DNA of 64,000 bases from an uncultured bacterium (GTDB taxonomy: Bacteria > Verrucomicrobiota > Verrucomicrobiia > Limisphaerales > UBA8199). Below are positions 10,953 to 21,199 of the stretch, piece by piece. The stretch covers positions 352,001 to 416,000 of the forward strand of contig CAVVMW010000012.1 of the NCBI GenBank assembly GCA_963749495.1. Reading direction: 5' to 3'. Made by a program: the position numbers and the translations under genes. Under the pieces are notes generated by a model. The model was not told where the DNA came from. It worked only from the letters and a program-made list of their open reading frames with translations, and ran no database searches. Every line of letters starts with the position of its first letter. The first letter of the stretch is position 1.

Positions 10953-13029
10953 ATGTTTCATAAAAGAGCACGCTTGCTGGCATTGGCGGCTTTGGCTGCC
11001 CTTGCGGGTCTGCCCGGCGCTTGCGCCTCCGCGCCGGACCCTGCCGTGGCGCAACTCCAGTCGGAGGTGCGCCAGAAAGGGTGGATCGCCTACGGCGCCC
11101 GCTCGAAGGCGGGGGATTGGGACCTCTTCCTTTGCCGGCCGGACGGGTCGGAGTCGAGGGCGCTGACGAGCACGCCGGAGTGGAACGAGTTTTCGCCGCA
11201 GTTCTCCAGGGACGGCCGGAGGCTGCTCTACCGCCGCATCCCCCGGGATGAGGCCATCGACGACAACCGCCACGGCGAACAGGGCGAGTTGGTGCTGGCC
11301 AATGCCGATGGCTCCGCGCCGGTGGCGCTGGCCAAAACCGGAGAACTCACCTGGGCGAGCTTCAGTCCCGACGGCGCCCAGATAGCCAGCCTCTCGATCA
11401 AAGGCATTTCGTTCATCAACCTGGCCACGCGCCAGGTCGTTCGCACCCTGCCGCGCCAGGGCTTTTTCCAGCAGATGACCTGGTCGCCGGATGGGAAGTG
11501 GCTGGTGGGCGTGGCCAATTCCTTCGGGGCCAGTTGGAGCATCGCCCGCATGGACGCGGCCACGGGCGAGGCGAGCGCCGTCAACCGCGTGGACTGCTGC
11601 ACGCCGGATTGGTTTCCGGACTCCAGCGAGGTGATCTTTTCGTGGCGTCCGCCGGGCCAAGAGGCCAACAACGGCTACGGCTGGACCCAGCTCTGGCGCG
11701 CGGCAGCCGATGCCAGTTCGCACTCGCTGGTTTATGCCGAAGAGGGCCGTCACGCCTATGGCGGCAATGTCTCGCCCGATGGCCGGTATGTGCTCTTCAC
11801 CGGCAACATGGAGGAGGATGGCGACCCGGGCCACGCGGGCGGGCCGATGGCCCTGATGCGGCTGAGCGACGCCCCGATCATCCGCAGCCAGAGTGCGGAG
11901 TTGCGCGCCCTCTACCCGGCGGCAAAGGAGGGGCCGGTCCTCGACCTGCCGGCGGGCTGGGAGCCGTGCTGGACCGGCCACGAGGTGGCCCAGGGCGCAG
12001 CCGGCGAGGCGCATCCCGACAGCGCCGCCCGGAACGCCGCATTTATGCGGCAGGGGCATGGAAATTCCTCGATCCTGCCGGCTGAAGCCGGCGTTCCGGG
12101 TGCAGTGTCGGGACTGGACAGGACCAGCGGCCTGGCCGGCGAACTCCACGACCGGGGCTGGCTGGTTTTCAGCGCCATGACCGATGCCGGCGATTGGGAC
12201 CTCTTCCTGGCCCGCCCGGATGGCTCCGACCGCCACCCCATCACCCAGACCCCCCAGTTCAGCGAAACCGGCCCCCGCTTCTCCCCGGACGGAACCCGGT
12301 TGCTCTACTACCGCCAGCCCAAATCCGAGCCGGTGGACAACAACACCTACGGGACATTCGACCTGGTCCTCGCCAATGCCGACGGCTCCAACCCGGAGGT
12401 CCTCGGCAACGCATACCGGTGGGCATCCTGGGGGCCGGATGGCCGGCAGATCGCCTGCCTCGCCCCCAAGACCATCCAGGTCGTTGACTTGGCTGCCCGC
12501 AAGGTCCTTCGCGAGTTCCCGCGCAAGGGCATCGTCCAGCAATTGATTCTGGTCCCCCGACGGCCAGCGGTTCGTCGGCACCGCCAACGGCCTTGGCCAG
12601 TTCTGGAACATCGGCGTGCTCGACCCCGACGAGGGCCAGTTGCGCGCCGTGAGCGAGACGGACCGTTACAATTGCACGCCGGACTGGTGCCCGGACTCGC
12701 TGCGCGTGGTCTATGCCCGGGGCATCATCCCGGAAAAGGGCGGCCGCGCCGAATTGTGGGAGGCGAGCGCCGATGGCAAAGAGCGGTGCGCGATTTACGC
12801 CGAGCCGGACCGTCATATCTACGGGGCCTGCGTCTCTCCGGACGGCCGCTACGTCCTGTTCACCCGCAGCATCGAGGACCTGGGCAAGGCCGCCACGACC
12901 ACGATGGCTGTGATTCGCCGGCCCGCCCCGGGCGCCGACGCGCAGGCCGCGCAACCCGAGCGGCTCGACCTGGGTCCCGGCTGGGAGCCGCATTGGACGC
13001 AGCGCGGCATGGACGCGAGCAAAAGGTAG
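10953..13029 (+). CDS. Exported protein with two TolB/PD40-like beta-propellers; frameshift near 12546
   Basis: Signal peptide; duplicated GW..(Y/F)..R..AGDWDLFL.RPDGS...FS.DG modules. The C-terminus continues in the frame of ORF 12616-13029. Confidence 0.85.
12028..12100. repeat. REP-like double hairpin in frame in the TolB-like linker
   Basis: CCCGGAACGCCGCATTTATGCGGCAGG...CCTGCCGGCTGAAGCCGGCGTTCCGGG; half copy at 22118-22143. Confidence 0.85.
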
Positions 13030-13110
13030 AGAGGGGAGCACCGGACAGTGGCCTGCCGCTTCAGGGCGGGAAAGTCTCGACATTCGAACGCGGGCGATTA
13101 CTTTGAAGTG

Positions 13111-13503
13111 ATGAGCGTAGCGGTGGAAACAGTGCAACGGGGGGCAGGCCCTGGATTCGTGGAGGGACTGCAACAGCGAATGGCTCGGCAGCTCAACGTC
13201 CAGGTGGCCGACTGGCTCGATACATGCCGTGAGTTGGCTGGGTGGGAAGATGAGCATCTGGTGGAGGGCTGCGGCCCGGAAAACTTGTCTGAGCACGCGA
13301 CGATGCTGGACCGACTGGAGGGGATGGGCCGGTGGCTGGCCGCCGCCGCCGCCGCGCTGGACCCGGACGCGGCCGCCGTGGCCCAGCAAATTGAGCCCGC
13401 TCTTCAAGACCTGCGCGACAGCCGGTCCATGTGGCACGGGAATACGCCGCCCGCCAGAAGGCAGGAGATCTTGCGGGACTGCTTTCTGCCTGCTTTGCCT
13501 TGA
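13111..13503 (+). CDS. Hypothetical helical protein
   Basis: ATG 13111 within ORF 13048-13503; plausible composition, no recognised family. Confidence 0.6.
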   Translation: MSVAVETVQRGAGPGFVEGLQQRMARQLNVQVADWLDTCRELAGWEDEHLVEGCGPENLSEHATMLDRLEGMGRWLAAAAAALDPDAAAVAQQIEPALQDLRDSRSMWHGNTPPARRQEILRDCFLPALP

Positions 13504-13549
13504 GATCGCTTTGACTTTCACCGGAGCACTGATAGGCTGGCTGCAGGCT

Positions 13550-13984
13550 ATGAATGCGGCACTTGATTTGAGCGACCTGACGCGCCTCGGCCAGGCTCCT
13601 CTGGAGCAGATGGCCGAACTGGGGGCAAGGCTCGACCCGGCCAACGAGGCTTGGCGCGCGGCCTTCTGCCGCCAAGTGGCGACAGTGGAGGCGATCCTCA
13701 AGCAGACCTACCAGGCAGCCGCGCTGCTCGCCAGACGCGCCGCCAATTGTGAGGAAGCCAGCCAAACCTGGAAGACCATGAGCGAGTATGCCAACCACGT
13801 CATGGTCATCCTGAGCCTCCTCGAGGACCGCTTTCCCGGGTCGGGTACAGCCGAGCTCCACGATCTGGCGTTGGATTACAAGGCGGCCGCTGAGAAGCGT
13901 TACCAGTCCAATCTGGAGGCCACGCTATGCCAGAAGACGCCGCTACCCGAAGGCGTGTTACCCCCGCTGACATCATTCGTTTAG
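13550..13984 (+). CDS. Hypothetical helical protein
   Basis: ATG 13550 preceded by TTGACT-N16-TAGGCT (13511-13538). Confidence 0.65.
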   Translation: MNAALDLSDLTRLGQAPLEQMAELGARLDPANEAWRAAFCRQVATVEAILKQTYQAAALLARRAANCEEASQTWKTMSEYANHVMVILSLLEDRFPGSGTAELHDLALDYKAAAEKRYQSNLEATLCQKTPLPEGVLPPLTSFV

Positions 13985-14205
13985 CCGAGTTGCTGGACCG
14001 GTTCGAGAGCGCCGACGATCCGGAATCCGAGGCGGCCAGGGCCGGTGAGCGCCAATTCGACGCCGGAGTGGCGGAGTTGTTCGCCGAATGCGTCAGGCCC
14101 TACTATACGACAGTCACCTTCGCCCAATTCCGCGGGCACGTGCGCTGGCGCTGCCGCGAATGCCTGGCGCTGCAAGCCCACAGGCCACCGACCCCGCCGG
14201 CCTGA
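13927..14205 (+). CDS. Small hypothetical protein overlapping the upstream gene by 58 nt
   Basis: 92-aa ORF with amphipathic pattern. Confidence 0.55.
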   Translation: MPEDAATRRRVTPADIIRLAELLDRFESADDPESEAARAGERQFDAGVAELFAECVRPYYTTVTFAQFRGHVRWRCRECLALQAHRPPTPPA

Positions 14206-14230
14206 ACCAGTTCGGCAGTAATGAAGTGCT

Positions 14231-14761
14231 ATGGTCATATCAACGTGTAATCCGTGGTTGATCCCTTCCCTCCGGTTGCTGCTCCGAGGGGCTGTGGGCT
14301 TTGCGGCTCTGTGTTTATTGGGGCTGCTCGTCGTTTCTTGCGGTCCGAAGGCGCCTCAACAAAATTCGGCCGCCGCCGATCCGCACCTGGCCACCAACGG
14401 CACCATCGAGGTCACCGCCAGGCTCGTCGAGATCCCCCAAGGCGCCATCTTCAAGCGCGACCTCTACGATTACGCCACGATCCTCAAATACAAAGTCCTC
14501 AAGGTCCATCGCGGCCAGGTCCAGGGAGATACGATCTACGTCGGCCACTACAATCCCTGGAAGCCCAGGGCCGAGGCGGCCGATGCGCGCGCCAGAAACA
14601 TCGGCGGCACGCTCAGAAAATTCGAGGCCGGCCAGACCCATCACATGGCCCTGGAGGCCCCCATCGACGACTTTTTCATGGGCGGCATCATCGACAAATA
14701 CTACGGCCGGACCACGGGGCCGCTCTACTGGGCCGTCTGGACAGACCTGGAGGAGCGGTGA
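14231..14761 (+). CDS. Putative lipoprotein upstream of the O-acetylation genes
   Basis: Hydrophobic leader with LVVSC lipobox-like site; globular region YDYATILKYKV...VGHYNP. Confidence 0.75.
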   Translation: MVISTCNPWLIPSLRLLLRGAVGFAALCLLGLLVVSCGPKAPQQNSAAADPHLATNGTIEVTARLVEIPQGAIFKRDLYDYATILKYKVLKVHRGQVQGDTIYVGHYNPWKPRAEAADARARNIGGTLRKFEAGQTHHMALEAPIDDFFMGGIIDKYYGRTTGPLYWAVWTDLEER

Positions 14762-14791
14762 ACGATGAGCATCTGCGCTCGACATAGACCC

Positions 14792-14977
14792 TGTCCCGAA
14801 GGGACATCCGACAATAGCCCAACGTTTCAACGTTGGGTTAAACGCGCAGGCGGACCGAGTCCCGAAGGGACGGCTGAAACGGGGGGTCCTTTCAGCCGTC
14901 CCTTCGGGACTTGCTTCCTCCGCGGGCCAAACCCAACGTTGAAACGTTGGGCTATTTTCAAATGTCCCTCCGGGACA
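14792..14977. repeat. Four-palindrome REPIN/MITE-like element (GTCCCGAAGGGAC / AGCCCAACGTTTCAACGTTGGG family)
   Basis: Nested inverted repeats; homologous copy at 62836-63023. Confidence 0.92.
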
Positions 14978-15047
14978 AAAGGCCGCGTTGCGTCGGTTTT
15001 CCCGCTACGAGACTCAACTTGGTCGAGCTAGGAACCAGCCGCCGCTC

Positions 15048-16454
15048 ATGGTCTTCACGACCCACATCTTCGTCTTCTACTTCCTGCCGCTGTTCCTGCT
15101 GGTGTATTTCCTGCTGCCGTTCCGGTTGCGGAACCTCTGGATTACGGTGGCCAGCTATTTCTTCTACGGCTGGTGGCAGCCGTGGTTCGTTTGCCTGATG
15201 CTCTTCACCACGGTGATGGATTTCATCTGGGGGCGGGTCATCACGCGCCCGGGCGCCACCCAGGCCCAGCGGCGGCTGGCCGTCACCGCCTGCGTGGTCA
15301 CCAACCTCGGTTTCCTGGGCTTCTTCAAATACTACATGTTCGCCGCCCACACGCTCAACCAGTTGCTCGAGGCGGCCGGGTTCGAGCAGTTCCGCGTGCT
15401 GCGCGTGGTGCTGCCGATCGGGATCTCCTTTTACACCTTTCATTCCCTGACCTACATCCTGGACCTCTACCGCGGCCACGCCACGCCCGCAAAGTCGTTC
15501 ACGGATTTCTCGGCCTTCGTGGCGCTGTTTCCGGACTTGGTGGCCGGCCCGATCATCCGCTACAAGACCCTCGCGGCCCAACTGGCCCTGCGCGACCACA
15601 CGGTCCGGCGCTTCGCCTCCGGCATCTGCATCTTCATCCTGGGCTTTGCCAAGAAGATCCTCCTGGCCAATCCCCTCGGGGGTGTGGCGAACGCGGTCTT
15701 CGGCGCTGCCGCGCCGCCGGCCCTGGATGCCTGGGTCGGCGTCCTGGCCTATGCCTTCCAGATCTACTTCGATTTCTGCGGCTACTCGGACATGGCGGTG
15801 GGCCTGGGGCGGATGCTCGGCTTCGAGTTCCTCAAGAACTTCGATGCGCCCTATCGCGCCGAGAGCATCACCGACGTGTGGCGGCGCTGGCACATCTCCC
15901 TGTCGAGCGTCCTGCGCGATTACCTCTATTATCCGCTGGGCGGCAACCGCAAGGGACCCGCCCGCACCTATCTGAATCTGGGGCTGGTCATGCTCCTGGG
16001 CGGGCTATGGCACGGAGCCAAATGGAACTTCATCGTCTGGGGCGCTTACCATGGGGCGCTGCTGGCCGGCGAGAGGTGGCGGGGCAAAGAGAGCCTTTAT
16101 CAGCCGCTGGCGCGGCCCGTCCGCATCGCCCTCACGTTTCTCCTGATGCTCGGCTCGTGGGTCTTGTTCCGCGCGGACAACTTGGCGGCGGCGGCGCATT
16201 ACTATGGCGCCATGGTGGGCCTGGGCGCCGGCTCCGAGGCCTCGAGGTTGCTGGGCGCGGGCCTCTATACGCCCTATCGGATGGTTGTCCTGGGCGTGTG
16301 CGCCCTCCTGGTCTTCCAGCCGCTCCAGGCCCACGACTGGGCGCAGCGGCCCCAAACCTGGCCCCGGCTCGCCCTCCTGCTCCCCCTCTTCGCGCTCTCC
16401 CTCATGGTCATGTTCGGACAGGCCTTCAACCCGTTCTTGTATTTTCAATTCTGA
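15048..16454 (+). CDS. MBOAT family O-acyltransferase, AlgI/PatA-like
   Basis: LPIGISFYTF, FPxLVAGPIIR, QIYFDFxGYSDMAxGL, WRRWHISLS, GLWHGA, PFLYFQF. Confidence 0.95.
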   Translation: MVFTTHIFVFYFLPLFLLVYFLLPFRLRNLWITVASYFFYGWWQPWFVCLMLFTTVMDFIWGRVITRPGATQAQRRLAVTACVVTNLGFLGFFKYYMFAAHTLNQLLEAAGFEQFRVLRVVLPIGISFYTFHSLTYILDLYRGHATPAKSFTDFSAFVALFPDLVAGPIIRYKTLAAQLALRDHTVRRFASGICIFILGFAKKILLANPLGGVANAVFGAAAPPALDAWVGVLAYAFQIYFDFCGYSDMAVGLGRMLGFEFLKNFDAPYRAESITDVWRRWHISLSSVLRDYLYYPLGGNRKGPARTYLNLGLVMLLGGLWHGAKWNFIVWGAYHGALLAGERWRGKESLYQPLARPVRIALTFLLMLGSWVLFRADNLAAAAHYYGAMVGLGAGSEASRLLGAGLYTPYRMVVLGVCALLVFQPLQAHDWAQRPQTWPRLALLLPLFALSLMVMFGQAFNPFLYFQF

Positions 16455-16487
16455 ATATGAGAAACCCGAGATTTGAAATCCAGAGTT

Positions 16488-16550
16488 GGCAGAAAAATGG
16501 GGGCAGAAAGATAAGAAGGAAATTGATTTTTCTGCCCCCATTTTTCTGCC
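16488..16550. repeat. Palindrome GGCAGAAAAATGGGGGCAGAAA...TTTCTGCCCCCATTTTTCTGCC
   Basis: Second copy at 21114-21180. Confidence 0.9.
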
Positions 16551-16593
16551 TGGATTCCGAACTCCGCCTCTATCGCGCTAAGTTCGTCGCGCT

Positions 16594-17784
16594 ATGAAGC
16601 CGTCGCGCAATTCTGAACGGTTCCTCATCCTCGCCTTTCTGGCGATTCTGTTCGTCATTCCCATCGGCCAGGCGGTGATCGAAATCCGGCGGGGCGAGTG
16701 GCCGCAGGCACTGGCCCTGTTCCACCAGAGACCGACCGTATCGAACCTGCGCGCCTACGAGCACGATCTCGAGGACGCCAGCCAGGCCGCCCGCTGGCTG
16801 CGGCCCTGGGCGCAATACGCCCACTTTGCCTGGTTCAAAGACGGCGGCGACAAGGCGCTCATTGGCCGGGACGGCTGGCTCTTCTACAAGCCCGGCGTGC
16901 AGTGCCTCACGCAGCGGCCCGACGCCCGCGGCGGGCATGCCGGCGCGGCCGAGGCCCTCGCCGCCATCGTCTCGCTCCGGGACCAGTTGGCCGCGCGGCA
17001 CATCCGGTTGCTCGTCGTGCCCGCCCCCAACAAAGAGAGCGTCTATCCCGAGATGCTGACCCGCCGGGCGGCAGGGCTGCACGGTGTGCTGGGCGACGAC
17101 ACGCGCGCCGTCCTGGACGGCCTGAAGAGCGCGCGCGTCGAGGTGGTCGATCTCTTCGAGTTGTTTGCCAGGGCCAGGGAAGGGCAGCGCGGGCAGGATG
17201 CCCGCGCCACGGAGCAGACCGCCGCGCCGCTTTACCTGGCGCAGGACAGCCACTGGTCCCCGGCAGGCGCGCGCCTGGCCGCAGCCGCCGTGGCGCAGCA
17301 CATCCTCCGGAAGGACTGGCTTCGGCTCGGGGACACTGAATACGAGGAGAAGCCCGCGCCGATCCAGCGCGCGGGCGACATCCTGCGAATGCTCCAGGTG
17401 CCGGCGCTCGAGCGCCATATCGGGCCTGAAGCGTGCCCGTGCGCCCAGGTGGCGCGCCTCGTCACTCATGAACTCTACCGCGACCAGGCCGGCTCCGAGG
17501 TGCTCGTGCTGGGCGACAGTTTCCTGCGGATCTACCAACTGGACGAGCCCGGCTCGGCGGGATTCATCGCGCACCTGGCCAAGGAGCTGAAGCGGCCCCT
17601 GGCCTCGATCGTCAACGATGGCGGGGCCTCGACCCTCGTCCGGCAGGAGCTCTGCCGCCGTTCGGGCCTGCTGGACAAGGTCAAAGTGGTCGTCTGGGAA
17701 TTTGTGGAACGCAATATCCGGCTCGGGACCAAGGGCTGGCAAGTGCTCCATTTGCCCCCAGATCCTCGCCTACCCATTTTTTAA
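16594..17784 (+). CDS. AlgJ/AlgX-like SGNH O-acetyltransferase
   Basis: GRDGWLFY, PNKESVYPE, DSHWSP (DxH), LGDSF; follows the AlgI-like gene. Confidence 0.9.
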   Translation: MKPSRNSERFLILAFLAILFVIPIGQAVIEIRRGEWPQALALFHQRPTVSNLRAYEHDLEDASQAARWLRPWAQYAHFAWFKDGGDKALIGRDGWLFYKPGVQCLTQRPDARGGHAGAAEALAAIVSLRDQLAARHIRLLVVPAPNKESVYPEMLTRRAAGLHGVLGDDTRAVLDGLKSARVEVVDLFELFARAREGQRGQDARATEQTAAPLYLAQDSHWSPAGARLAAAAVAQHILRKDWLRLGDTEYEEKPAPIQRAGDILRMLQVPALERHIGPEACPCAQVARLVTHELYRDQAGSEVLVLGDSFLRIYQLDEPGSAGFIAHLAKELKRPLASIVNDGGASTLVRQELCRRSGLLDKVKVVVWEFVERNIRLGTKGWQVLHLPPDPRLPIF

Positions 17785-17852
17785 ACCACGGAATACACGG
17801 AATACACGGAAAACGGCCTTCTTTCCGTGTATTCCGTGTATTCCGTGGTTTA
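17782..17852. repeat. Perfect 31-bp inverted repeat built of 9-mers (CACGGAATA); overlaps the stop codon, possible terminator
   Basis: TAAACCACGGAATACACGGAATACACGGAAA / TTTCCGTGTATTCCGTGTATTCCGTGGTTTA. Confidence 0.9.
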
Positions 17853-18065
17853 TGTCTTCTGGATTGGCACGGAAGCTGAGGAGGGCGGATTCTATTGCCC
17901 GGCGTCGGGCGTTCGGTTTGGCTTCGGCGTGGTTTTGGGTTGCCGGCGCCGCAAAAAAACCACTGGACGTTTGGCGGCCTTGTGCGATGCTAATCCCGTT
18001 GTCCAGGCACGCTAATAAATGAAATAAGTGCCTGGGCATTGAGCGACAAAACCGGAATGCGAAAT

Positions 18066-18485
18066 ATGAAACGAATCCTCCTCCTTGCCGCAGCCGTCCT
18101 GGCCGCGGGCTCCATCTATGCCGGCCAATACCCGGACATCAAGATTGCGGAAGTCAAATCTGCCATCAAGGCCAAGACCGTGACCCTGATTGACGTCAAC
18201 GGCACCGAATCCTGGCAGAAGGGCCATATCCCCGGGGCCATCGATTTCGAAGGCGCCAAGGGGAAGCTGGCCAGCCTGCTGCCCAAGGACAAGAGCGCAC
18301 TGGTAGTGGCCTACTGCGGCGGCCCCATGTGCCAGGCCTACCAGGCGGGCGCCAAGGCCGCCGAGAAGCTCGGCTACACTAACGTCAAGCACCTCACGGC
18401 CGGCATCTCCGGCTGGCTGGCAGCGGGCGAGCCCGTGCAAAAGGGGAAAACAACGGACCAGGCGAAGGCGAATTCCGACACCTGA
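18066..18485 (+). CDS. Exported rhodanese-like domain protein
   Basis: Signal peptide; IDV..., GHIPGA, YCGGPMC, GISGW. Confidence 0.9.
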   Translation: MKRILLLAAAVLAAGSIYAGQYPDIKIAEVKSAIKAKTVTLIDVNGTESWQKGHIPGAIDFEGAKGKLASLLPKDKSALVVAYCGGPMCQAYQAGAKAAEKLGYTNVKHLTAGISGWLAAGEPVQKGKTTDQAKANSDT

Positions 18486-18534
18486 TTCGCAGGGCGGGGG
18501 TGGAGCGTCGCGGGGCAGCGGCGCGCGGACGAAG

Positions 18535-18694
18535 TCGCGAAGCGTTTTGGACTGCGGCAGTCCTCTGCCGCTTTTCAGACCCTGGGGATGCGAAAGCGCC
18601 AGAGGGCTGGCGCAGTCCAAAACCTTGCGGGCTTCCCGACGCCGCGCTCCAATTGCCCGGCTTGCCGAGGGCCGACAAAGGTGAAATGCGCCCT
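18535..18694 (+). repeat. About 160-bp asymmetric element: TTTTGGACTGCG hairpin plus tail ending GGTGAAATGCGCCC
   Basis: Near-identical inverted copy at 57006-57164; hairpin part also at 22396-22503. Confidence 0.92.
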
Positions 18695-18717
18695 GCAGTG
18701 CGGGGCGCTCTTTTTTT
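18688..18717 (+). terminator. Possible intrinsic terminator
   Basis: GCGCCCTGCA-G-TGCGGGGCGC followed by TCTTTTTTT. Confidence 0.55.
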
Positions 18718-18793
18718 GTGATCGTCTAAAGGGCGCACGAGGGATATATTGTCTCCTGTGAAATGGTTCAGGTTCAGATCACTCCGGAGAGCA

Positions 18794-19600
18794 ATGGCTG
18801 CGCCCCCGGCAGGGGGAGAGCAGGAATGGGACGGCCTGAACAACTTTACACCGCGCGCCCGTCAAGCGCTGAGGCTCGCGCGCGAGGAGGCTGGTCGGCT
18901 CAACCACAACTTCATCGGCACCGAGCATGTGCTGCTCGGACTCATCCGGCTCGGACAAGGCACGGCCGTCAACGTCCTGACCAAGATGGGACTTGACCTC
19001 GAGACCCTGCGGTCGGAGGTGAAGAAACAAGTCGGCGTGGGACCCGGGCAGGCGCCGTGGAGTTCCCCTCTCTATACGCCCTATACGCCGCGCTTGATCA
19101 AAGTGCTCGCGCTGGCTGCGCATGAGGCCAAGGCCCTCAATCATACCTATGTGGGCACCGAGCATATCCTCCTGGGTCTGCTTCGCGAAGGCGACGGTGT
19201 CGCCGGCCGTGTGTTGACGAACCTGCACGTGCAGATCGAGGAGGTGCGGCAGGCAATCCTCAGAGAGCTGGACCCCAGCTTGCCGCCCTGGACCGGAGAA
19301 GCCGACCGTTCCGAAAGGCCGCAGAGCACAGACTCCTTAGAGCCTTCGAGCGATTCGGTTGACACCAGCAAGCGCTACGATGTGTACTGCTCGGAGCGGC
19401 ATCAGGGGGTCATAGTTTATCGCAACGCGCTCTTCAAAGGCGCGAAGACGCTCTTGCAGGAAGGCGAGAATGCCTGTTTTTCCGATTTTGTGGAACTTGA
19501 ACAGGCCGATGGCCAGAGGGTGTTCGTTGCCAGGTCGTCGATCATCAAATTCTGTCCCTCCCTCACCCCACCTCCCACCCCCGGCGGTAAGTCTCCTTGA
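18794..19600 (+). CDS. Clp N-terminal (double Clp_N repeat) protein with an unknown C-terminal domain and no ATPase
   Basis: NFTPRARQAL.LAREEA.RLNH.FIGTEHVLLGL and a second repeat YTPR..KVL.LA..EAKALNHTYVGTEHILLGLL; no Walker motifs. Confidence 0.88.
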   Translation: MAAPPAGGEQEWDGLNNFTPRARQALRLAREEAGRLNHNFIGTEHVLLGLIRLGQGTAVNVLTKMGLDLETLRSEVKKQVGVGPGQAPWSSPLYTPYTPRLIKVLALAAHEAKALNHTYVGTEHILLGLLREGDGVAGRVLTNLHVQIEEVRQAILRELDPSLPPWTGEADRSERPQSTDSLEPSSDSVDTSKRYDVYCSERHQGVIVYRNALFKGAKTLLQEGENACFSDFVELEQADGQRVFVARSSIIKFCPSLTPPPTPGGKSP

Positions 19601-21024
19601 GGAACCTGGCGGCTTCGGGGGCATTGGTGGCCTTCATGGCCTGGGCATCCCAGTAGAGTTTCTTTTGGGCGCGCATGGCGACCAGGCCGAGGAGGCCGAC
19701 TTCGGTCAAGGCGGCGCCGTATTGGAAATTGGAGCTGGCGGGGGCGCCGCCCTTGGCGGCATTGAGCCAATCGCGGTGGTGGCCCTTGGAGCGGGGGAGC
19801 GTCTTGGGAGGGCGTTTGTAATCGTCCTCGCGGGAGCCGGGCAGGAGCCTGGGGTGGCCGGCCTAACCCGGGCAAGTGAGCAGACCTTTGTCGCCGACGA
19901 ATAGGATGCCATTGCCGTTGACGCCCAATTTGTCGTCCGGCTCCAACCCATCCGGACGCGCGGGCATCAGGCCGCCTTCATACCACGTGAACTTGACGGG
20001 GGGCATGTTGCCGCGGGGGCCGAAGGTGTAATAATAAATGCCCGCGATGGGGGCGATGTACCCGTCCACACTTCCAGCGGGGTGGGCCTCGATTCGTAAG
20101 GGGGTGCTTGAGGTCGAGCGCCCAGCAGGCGGGGTCGAAATTGTGGCAGAAGAAGTCCCCGATGGGGGCGGTGCCGAAGTCCCAGAAATCGCGCCAGGTG
20201 ACCGGCATATAGGCGGGGCTATAGTCGCGGGTCTGGCGCGGACCCAGCCAGAGGTCCCAGTTGAGGCCCTTGGGGACCGGTTGGCCGTGCGGGCGCCCGG
20301 AGAGAATGGCCGTGTTCCAGCGGGAAGCATTGGTCCAGGCATGGACCTCGCGCACGTCCCCGATGGCGCCGGCCCAGAGCATCTCGCAGGTCATGCGGAT
20401 GCTGTCGCCCGAATGGCCCTGGTTGCCCAACTGGGTGGCGACGCCGGTTTCCTGGGCCACCCGGGCCACCTGGCGCGCCTCCCAGACGTTGTGGGTGAGC
20501 GGCTTCTCGCAATAGACGTGTTTGCCTTGCCTCATGGCGGTCACGCACACATAGGCGTGCAGATGGTTGGGCGTGGCGCACAGAATCGCGTTGATGGCCT
20601 TCTCTTTCTCCAACATGGTGCGGAAGTCCTCGTAGTCGGCCACCTTGTAGTTCGGTGTCCTGGCTGAGTAGTGCTTCTGGACCTCGTCCTTGACCGGCAG
20701 ACGGCCGGCGTTGCTCTGGAAGTAGAAGGCGTGCAGATCCTCGAATTCAGCCGGGTCCGCCAGGGCGATAATCTGCGCGTCCGCTTGCCCGAAAAGCTCG
20801 CGGATATTCGCCTGGCCCTGTCCGCCGCAGCCCACAACGGCGATATTGACCTTCTCGCTGGGCGCCACGAATTTGGCCCCGCCCAGCACGTGCCGCGGCA
20901 CCAGGCTAATGCCCGCCGCCGCCGCCGCCGTGCTGCCGATGAAACGGCGCCGGCTCAGGCCGCCCTGGGGAACGATTTCCTTTTCCGTCACGGAATCTGC
21001 GCTCGAGGCATTGGGAGTCTTCAT
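19563..21024 (-). pseudogene. Tat-exported Gfo/Idh/MocA oxidoreductase, disrupted
   Basis: SRRRF Tat motif, VGCGGQG, HVYCEKPL, WDLWLGP. Frameshift near 20090, in-frame TAG at 19863 (CPG*AGHPRLLP), and C-terminus ...KETYRRGWEVG* at 19563. Confidence 0.85.
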
Positions 21025-21113
21025 GATCGATTTCGTTTTATTTCAACGGGTGCCATAGGGGGCCTTCGAGAGCGGCAGGTCAAGCAGAAAAGGGGGAGAT
21101 TCGAGGCAGGAGG

Positions 21114-21180
21114 CAGGCAGAAAAATGGGGGCAGAAAGATAAGATATAAACTCATCTTTCTGCCCCCATTTTTCTGCCTG
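21114..21180. repeat. Perfect 27-bp inverted repeat, same family as 16488-16550
   Basis: CAGGCAGAAAAATGGGGGCAGAAAGAT and its reverse complement. Confidence 0.92.
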
Positions 21181-21199
21181 CTTCAGATTTCGACTTCTC

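Noticed and set aside
14765..15031. Small ORFs over repeats (also 18500-18721, 17827-18015)
   Set aside because: Translations of palindromic elements
17863..17880. Sigma54 promoter TTGGCACGGAAGCTGA
   Set aside because: The -12 GC is not at the required spacing
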